Assembly (NCBI GenBank): GCA_964448205.1
Contig: CAYUVU010000129.1
Span: 1 to 50,862 of the forward strand
From: an uncultured Acidobacteriota bacterium
GTDB lineage: Bacteria > Acidobacteriota > Vicinamibacteria > Marinacidobacterales > Marinacidobacteraceae
Direction of reading: 5' to 3'
DNA: 50,862 nucleotides
In this document: positions 45,397-50,862 of the stretch, piece after piece
Position numbering within the stretch: the first letter of the stretch is position 1
Layout of the letters: each line of letters starts with the position of its first letter
Notes under the pieces: model-generated
Databases searched by the model: none
The model's input: only the letters and a program-made list of their open reading frames with translations
Told to the model about the DNA's origin: nothing
Position numbers and translations under genes: made by a program

Positions 45397-45809
45397 TGCG
45401 AAACCGGACCCTCGCCGACGACCATTTGCGCCGCGCCAGGGCCCGGCTCACCGCACTGGATGCGCTGTATGACGCGGAGAGTTGGGCCGATGTCGTCCGC
45501 GAGTCCCAGGAAACCGTCGAGTTGGCGCTCAAGGGCCTGCTACGCGCCTGTGGGGTGGACCCCCCGCGAGTCCACGACGTGGCGGGCGTGCTCGAGGCCG
45601 AACGTGACCGGCTTCCGGCAACGCTGATTCCCGACCTGCCGCGCCTTGCCGCCGCCTCCCGCGCCCTGCGGCGGGATCGGGAACTCGCGTTCTACGGCGC
45701 CGAGGATCTGACCCCATCGGAGTTCTACCGCCGGGAAGATGCCGCCGAGGCCCGCGCTGCCGCACGCTTCGTGGTCGAGCGCGTGGCCCCCCAGGTGCTT
45801 GGCGGGTAG
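45393..45809 (+). CDS. HEPN domain protein (toxin partner of MNT)
   Basis: All-helical 138 aa with ...VELALKGLL...HDV...RELAFYG..., resembling HEPN proteins paired with MNTs. The start overlaps the MNT stop (GTGATG; either GTG 45393 or ATG 45396). Confidence 0.75.
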   Translation: MMRNRTLADDHLRRARARLTALDALYDAESWADVVRESQETVELALKGLLRACGVDPPRVHDVAGVLEAERDRLPATLIPDLPRLAAASRALRRDRELAFYGAEDLTPSEFYRREDAAEARAAARFVVERVAPQVLGG

Positions 45810-45872
45810 CGCCTCCCGGTCCCGGCAGCCGGCGTCCGGCCCGGATATGCTCGGGCGCTCGGGAGGCCCCCC

Positions 45873-47183
45873 ATGACCAGTTCCCAACCGAAGCGCTTTC
45901 CTCTCGCTCCGCTCGCGATCGGCGCCCTGATCGCCTTCAGCGCGTGCGGTTCCGAACCGCCGCCGCTGCCCGGAGTGACCGCGTTCACCGGCGCCACCGT
46001 CTGGGACGGAACCGGAAACGCCGCAGTCGAGAACGCGGTGATGGTGGTGGACCACGGAAGGATCGCTGCCGTGGGACCGGTCGACGAAGTGGAAGTGCCG
46101 CCCGGCGCCGCGGTGGAAGACCTCGCGGGCAAGACGGTCGTTCCCGGCTTCATCAACGCCCACGCCCACGCCAGCGACGTCATGGGTCTGGAGACGGGCC
46201 ACTACACCCGGGAGAACCTGATCCGCCAGCTCGGCCTCTACGCCCGCTACGGGGTCACGAGCGTCGCCTCGCTCGGCGGTGACGGCCCCGAGGCGGCGCA
46301 GTTGCGCGACGAACAGGACGACGGCCTCGACCGCGCCCGGATCTGGATCGCCGGCGAGGTCATCGCGAGCGGCACTCCCGAGGAGGCCGCCGAATCGGTG
46401 GCCCGCAGCCTCGCCCTGCCCGCCGACTTCCTCAAGATGCGGGTGGACACCAACCTCGGCGCGAACGAGCGCGTGTCGTCCGAGACCATCGAGAAGGTGA
46501 TGGAACTCGGCCGGGAGGCCGGAAAGATGGTCACGACCCACATCTTCTATCTCGACGACGCCAAGGAGGTGCTGCGCCTGGGATCGGGCCTCATCGCCCA
46601 CAGCGTGCGGGACCAACCCGTGGACGAGGAGTTCCTCGAGCTGATGAAGGAGAAGGACGTCTGCTACGTCCCGACCCTGGTGCGGGAGATCTCCACCTAC
46701 GTCTATTCCGAGGTACCCGAGTTCTTCGAAGACCCGTTCTTCCTGAAGGACGCCGATCCCGCGGTGCTGGAGCAGCTGAAGGATCCGGAGCGCATGGAGC
46801 GGGTGGCCAACAGCAGTTCCGCGCAGGGCTACCGCGAGCACTACCCCATCGCGATGGCGAACACGAAGGCGGTGGCCGATGCCGGCGTAACGATTGCGTT
46901 CGGCACCGATACCGGACCGGCGGGCCGCTTCCAGGGCTACTTCGAGCACATCGAGGCGGGAGAGATGGCCGAGGCCGGCCTCACCGCCGAGGAGATCCTG
47001 ATGTCGGCGACGGGCGACGCGGCGGCCTGCCTCGCGCTCGATGGCGTCGGCACCCTCACCGCCGGGAACTGGGCCGACTTCATCGTGCTGAACGAGAGCC
47101 CGCTCGAGGACATCGCGAACCTCCGGTCCATCGACCGGGTGGTGGTGGCCGGGAACACCGTCCCCGGCAGCAGCGCCGAATAG
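45873..47183 (+). CDS. Amidohydrolase-superfamily metallo-hydrolase, lipoprotein
   Basis: Lipobox IAFSAC. PGFINAHAHA is the HxH metal motif. A GGGAGG SD lies 7 nt upstream. Confidence 0.85.
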   Translation: MTSSQPKRFPLAPLAIGALIAFSACGSEPPPLPGVTAFTGATVWDGTGNAAVENAVMVVDHGRIAAVGPVDEVEVPPGAAVEDLAGKTVVPGFINAHAHASDVMGLETGHYTRENLIRQLGLYARYGVTSVASLGGDGPEAAQLRDEQDDGLDRARIWIAGEVIASGTPEEAAESVARSLALPADFLKMRVDTNLGANERVSSETIEKVMELGREAGKMVTTHIFYLDDAKEVLRLGSGLIAHSVRDQPVDEEFLELMKEKDVCYVPTLVREISTYVYSEVPEFFEDPFFLKDADPAVLEQLKDPERMERVANSSSAQGYREHYPIAMANTKAVADAGVTIAFGTDTGPAGRFQGYFEHIEAGEMAEAGLTAEEILMSATGDAAACLALDGVGTLTAGNWADFIVLNESPLEDIANLRSIDRVVVAGNTVPGSSAE

Positions 47184-47237
47184 CCGGCGGGACCCGCCGC
47201 CCGGCGGGGCGCGGCGGTCAGCCGGTAGCGGTCCGCC

Positions 47238-48734
47238 TCACGCGCCGGCGTCCGCCGGGCAGAACCATCTTCCCGCCTCGGCGGACGCCCGGCCCTCGCG
47301 TTCCAGCTTCATGAGACCCGAGGTCAGCGCCACCTCGGCCAGCCGGCGGACCGGGCCCCGGCGCGGAACTTCGCTCGTCGGATAGACCCGGAGCCCGATC
47401 GCCTCGAGCGTCGCGGGCTCGGTGTCGAGAGCTTCCAGCAGGCTCCTTTCCCGGGCTTCCCGGTGTCGCACCTGAGCCCGCAGCAGGTCACCGCCCGCGA
47501 CCACCGGCACCCCGTGGCCCGGGTAGACCATCCCCCGGCACTCGGCGGCGAGCCGCCGCAGGGACTCCATGTACTGCCCGAGGTCCCCGTCTTCCGGCGC
47601 AATGATGATGGAAGACAGCGAGGACACCATGTCCCCGACCACCATCGCGCCGTAGCGGCTCTCGACGAAGGCGAGGTGGCCCGGCGCGTGGCCGGGCACG
47701 AACCGGACTTCGAGCGTCCAGCCCGGCGATCCATCGGGCGCCTCCCCCAGGTCCAGGGTGTCCCCCTCGGCGAGCGGTCTCGTCCCGCCGGGCGCCGGCG
47801 GGATCCGGGCGAGGGTTTCCGGGTGCGCGCCCACCGCGACTCCGTAGCGCGACGAGGCCGCCGCGACCGAGCCGATGTGATCGGGATGATGATGGGTGAC
47901 GAGAATCCCGGCCAGCCGCTCGCCGGGGCCGAGCAGCCGGTCCACCATCCCGAACAGCATCTCCCGTTCGGCCGGCGCTTCGGCCGCGGGGTCCACCAGG
48001 TAACGGCGCGAGATTCCGATCAGCACCGCGTTCGTGTGCGTGGCCGGCGGCAGGGTCCGCGTCCGGCAGGGAACGACCGCGATCCCGGGGGAATAGCGGA
48101 CCGCCGGCCGCAGCCGGCCCTCTTCCCGGTTGCGGGCGCGAAAGACGCCGTTGTCCGGAGACCAGCGCTCGAGGAGTCCGATGATGGGCGGGGCGAGCGC
48201 CATCTCACCGCCGCGCCAGCGGGCGAGCGCCGTCTCCGGGCTGAGCATCGCCTGGTCAACGATCTCGCCCGGCCAGACCGACGGTTCGGCGCCGCCGGGC
48301 AGTGGCAGCCGGTAAAAGCGCGTGGCGAAGCGGTACGGCGCCGATTCCGGAGTGGTGAGCGCCTCGACCTCGGAGAAGCGCGAAGCATCGATGCCCGCCT
48401 GGAAGCTGTCGAGGACCTCCCGGAGTCCGATCGCGCCCGCGAGCAACCGCCGGCGCAGGTCGTCCCGTTCGGTTGTGGCGACACTGCGTCGCGCTGTGCC
48501 GAGGAAGACCCCGGTCTCCTCGAAGACCTCGCGCACCCCGGCCGCGACGCGCGCCGCGGTTTCCGGATCCGGGGCGCCGCTCACGGGGATCTCCGCATCC
48601 TCCGCCGACACCGTCCCGCCGGGGAAGGCCCACAGATTCGCGAAGGCCCGGAGCCGCGGCGAGCGCCGCACGAGGAGCACGTCCTCTCCACGCGTGAGCA
48701 TGACGGACACGGCGGGACGCGGGGGCGATGCCAT
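47238..48734 (-). CDS. NUDIX hydrolase fused to MBL-fold metallo-hydrolase
   Basis: N-terminal half: GGTV...REVFEETGV, a Nudix box with an insertion. C-terminal half: ILVTHHHPDHIG (HxHxDH). The track ORF was trimmed to ATG 48734 (MASPPRPAVSVML). Confidence 0.8.
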   Translation of the reverse strand: MASPPRPAVSVMLTRGEDVLLVRRSPRLRAFANLWAFPGGTVSAEDAEIPVSGAPDPETAARVAAGVREVFEETGVFLGTARRSVATTERDDLRRRLLAGAIGLREVLDSFQAGIDASRFSEVEALTTPESAPYRFATRFYRLPLPGGAEPSVWPGEIVDQAMLSPETALARWRGGEMALAPPIIGLLERWSPDNGVFRARNREEGRLRPAVRYSPGIAVVPCRTRTLPPATHTNAVLIGISRRYLVDPAAEAPAEREMLFGMVDRLLGPGERLAGILVTHHHPDHIGSVAAASSRYGVAVGAHPETLARIPPAPGGTRPLAEGDTLDLGEAPDGSPGWTLEVRFVPGHAPGHLAFVESRYGAMVVGDMVSSLSSIIIAPEDGDLGQYMESLRRLAAECRGMVYPGHGVPVVAGGDLLRAQVRHREARERSLLEALDTEPATLEAIGLRVYPTSEVPRRGPVRRLAEVALTSGLMKLEREGRASAEAGRWFCPADAGA

Positions 48735-48747
48735 CGCGGGGAATTTA

Positions 48748-49653
48748 GTGGGCGTCTGCTGCGAACATACCGGCGTGCACGAACCCGCCGGAATCCCTCT
48801 CGGGGGACTGCTCGCGTCCCGGGCGGACGCCGAGCGGGCCCCCGCCTCGCTCCTCGGCGTCATGGACGCCACCCAGTCCACCTACCGGAACCGCTGCGCC
48901 GAAGCGCCGCCCGCCATTCGGGCGGCCTACGACGGGGCCTGCTACAACACGGTCTCGGAAGCGGGCGTGGACTGCGCCGGCAGCGTCGCCGACCTCGGCG
49001 ACCTGCGCCCGGAGGCGGGCGGCTTCCGGGACAGCGCCGCGCGCTACTCCGCCGCCGTCGAGGCGGAGCTGGCGCGGGGCCGGACGCCCTTCATCCTGGG
49101 CGGCGACCACGCGATCACCCCTGCCCTGGTGGCCGCCTATGCCGGCCGGGGTCCCGTCCACGTGGTGCAGTGGGACGCCCATCCCGACATGTACCCCGAC
49201 TTCGAGGGCAACCGCCACTCCCACGCGTGCGTCGCGGCGCGTCTTCTCGAAATGCCGCACGTGGCGACCGTCACCCAGATCGGGATCCGCACCGAAACCG
49301 CGGTGCAGCGCGGGATCCGGGAGGCGGCGGGCGGGCGCGTGACGCAGATTCCGGCGTGGGAGGCGGAGGCGTGTCCGGCTTTCCTGTCGCACCTCCCCGA
49401 CGCCGCCGCGGTCTATCTCACCGTGGACATGGACGGGTTCGACCCGGCTTGCGCCCCGGCAGTGGCCCACCCGGTACCGGCCGGCCTCTCCGCTCGCGCG
49501 GGGCTTGAACTCGTCAAGGAGATCGGCGCACGCCACCGGCTCGTCGGGATGGACGTGGTGGAAGCCTGCCCGGACGAACGGGACAACCGCACGCTGGTCC
49601 TCGCCGCGCGCCTCATCCACGAAGGGGTGGCCACCGTTCTCGCGCGCGGCTGA
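48748..49653 (+). CDS. Arginase/agmatinase/formiminoglutamase-family ureohydrolase
   Basis: GGDHAIT, WDAHPDM and TVDMDGFDP are Mn-binding motifs. The start must precede ...ASLLGVMDAT. Candidates are GTG 48748 and GTG 48775. Confidence 0.85.
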   Translation: MGVCCEHTGVHEPAGIPLGGLLASRADAERAPASLLGVMDATQSTYRNRCAEAPPAIRAAYDGACYNTVSEAGVDCAGSVADLGDLRPEAGGFRDSAARYSAAVEAELARGRTPFILGGDHAITPALVAAYAGRGPVHVVQWDAHPDMYPDFEGNRHSHACVAARLLEMPHVATVTQIGIRTETAVQRGIREAAGGRVTQIPAWEAEACPAFLSHLPDAAAVYLTVDMDGFDPACAPAVAHPVPAGLSARAGLELVKEIGARHRLVGMDVVEACPDERDNRTLVLAARLIHEGVATVLARG

Positions 49654-49685
49654 GGAGCTGCAACGCGCCGCCGGCCGGGGGGCCG

Positions 49686-50862
49686 TCAGGGCGAGGCGAT
49701 CAACGCCTCGATCTCGTCGTCGGTGAGGAGCCGGCGCGCCTCCTTGGCGGCGCGGAAGATCCGGTGCTTCAACTCGTCGGTCGGTTCGTGGCCGTGCTTT
49801 TCCAGCCAGTAGACGACGTTCGAGAGGCCGCTCATGGGGCCGACCTCGACCTTCTGGTGCAGCCCGTAGTCTCCGGCGGGGACGCCCGAATAGACGCGGT
49901 CGGCGAGCCAGTCGTCGCCCTTCGCCATCGCCTTGATGATGGCGGCGGCGTGGACCCCGGTGCCGGTCCGGAAGGCGTCCTTGCCGACGACGGGATAGCC
50001 GACCGGGATGCGAGTCCCCGTGGCCTCCGAGACCGTGCGGCAGTAATCCGCGAGGGGCGTGAGGTCGTTGTCGATCCAGCCGAGCAGCCGCAGGTTCACG
50101 AGCAACTGGTCCATGGGCGTGTTGCCGCAGCGTTCCCCGATGCCGATCGCGGTCCCGTGGACGCAGTCGGCGCCCGCCTCGATCGCGGTGAGGCTGTTCG
50201 GGACGGACAGTCCGCGATCCCGGTGCCCGTGCCAGTCGAGCTGCACGTCCTCCCCGGTGTCGGCGATGACCTCCCGGACGAACTGGAGAAGCCGCGTGAC
50301 GCCGTCGGGGGTGGCGTGCCCCACGGTGTCGCAGACCACGACCCGCCGGGCGCCGGCCTCGATGGCGACCGTGTAGAGCCGGCGAACGCTCTCGGGCCGC
50401 GCCCGCGTGGTGTCCTCGGTCACGTACATCGGGGGCACGCCGTGGGCGACCGCCCATTTCACGGCCTTCTCGGTATGCCGGAGCAGCAGATCGAGGTCCC
50501 AGTCCTCGGCGTACTGCCGGATCGGGCTCGACCCGATGAACATCGCCACCTCGATCGGCATGCCGACCGCATCGGCCACCCGCGCGATCGGCTCGATGTC
50601 CGAGATCACTGTCCGCGCGGCGCAGTTCGGACGGATCTTCATCCGGTTGTCCACGATTTCCCGGGCGAGGTGGAGCACCTGCCGTTCCACATGAGGGCCG
50701 GCGGCCGGGAGACCGATGTCGGCGGAGTCGATGCCGAGCAACTCCATCAGGTGGAGCACCTCCGCCTTCTTTTCGAGCGTCGGGGACACCACCGAAGGAC
50801 TCTGGAGTCCGTCGCGCAGCGTCTCGTCGTTCAGTCTTACGGGCTTCGGAGGGAACCAGGCG
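49686..50862 (-). CDS. Second LeuA/homocitrate/citramalate synthase-family (HMGL-like) enzyme, N-terminus beyond the window
   Basis: The frame stays open to the window end. Hand translation of the last codons gives AWFPPKPVRLNDETLRDGLQSPS, followed by HGHRDRGLSVPNSLTAIEAGA. The protein ends after ~390 aa with no LeuA regulatory domain. Confidence 0.85.
   Translation of the reverse strand, partial: AWFPPKPVRLNDETLRDGLQSPSVVSPTLEKKAEVLHLMELLGIDSADIGLPAAGPHVERQVLHLAREIVDNRMKIRPNCAARTVISDIEPIARVADAVGMPIEVAMFIGSSPIRQYAEDWDLDLLLRHTEKAVKWAVAHGVPPMYVTEDTTRARPESVRRLYTVAIEAGARRVVVCDTVGHATPDGVTRLLQFVREVIADTGEDVQLDWHGHRDRGLSVPNSLTAIEAGADCVHGTAIGIGERCGNTPMDQLLVNLRLLGWIDNDLTPLADYCRTVSEATGTRIPVGYPVVGKDAFRTGTGVHAAAIIKAMAKGDDWLADRVYSGVPAGDYGLHQKVEVGPMSGLSNVVYWLEKHGHEPTDELKHRIFRAAKEARRLLTDDEIEALIASP

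Overview
Very GC-rich (roughly 70% by eye) bacterial chromosomal segment. It is densely coding: about 47 protein genes, mostly on the minus strand. I saw no rRNA, tRNA, CRISPR array, transposase or integrase. Many long ORFs in the supplied track are Arg/Pro/Gly-rich alternate-frame artefacts of the high GC content. Real genes were picked by recognisable family motifs, high third-position GC and start/stop junctions. Several starts were re-placed by hand, and many are GTG or TTG.

Content falls into four groups.

(1) A type IV pilus (T4P) gene set lies in three transcription units. The first is a minor-pilin unit: pilV-like, PilX-like, then a vWA PilY1-like gene cut by the window edge (1..1850). 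The second is pilT-pilC, then pilA, an ABC ATPase, an ABC permease, an unknown secreted protein and pilD (2019..8332). The third is pilMNOPQ (15139..19733). No pilB is present.

(2) Housekeeping genes: pyrG, kdsC, coaE, folD, thiE, accBC, tag, leuA-ORF-leuCD, ilvE and an M50 protease.

(3) Cell-wall recycling-type genes: a DUF1343/NamZ-like gene and a GH3 plus beta-lactamase-fold fusion. This group also holds a HupE/UreJ-like membrane protein and a tandem pair of near-identical NHL-propeller lipoproteins.

(4) Accessory-looking genes: an orphan SPPF DNA methyltransferase placed divergently to an AddB/AddA-like nuclease-helicase pair, an RHH-MNT/HEPN toxin-antitoxin pair, a DDAH-like enzyme, an amidohydrolase, a NUDIX-MBL fusion, an agmatinase-like enzyme and a second LeuA-family gene cut by the 3' edge.

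The most unusual sequence-level signal is a gap-free 61-nt block, 50 of 61 positions identical. It occurs exactly twice, immediately 5' of pilM and of the minor-pilin operon.
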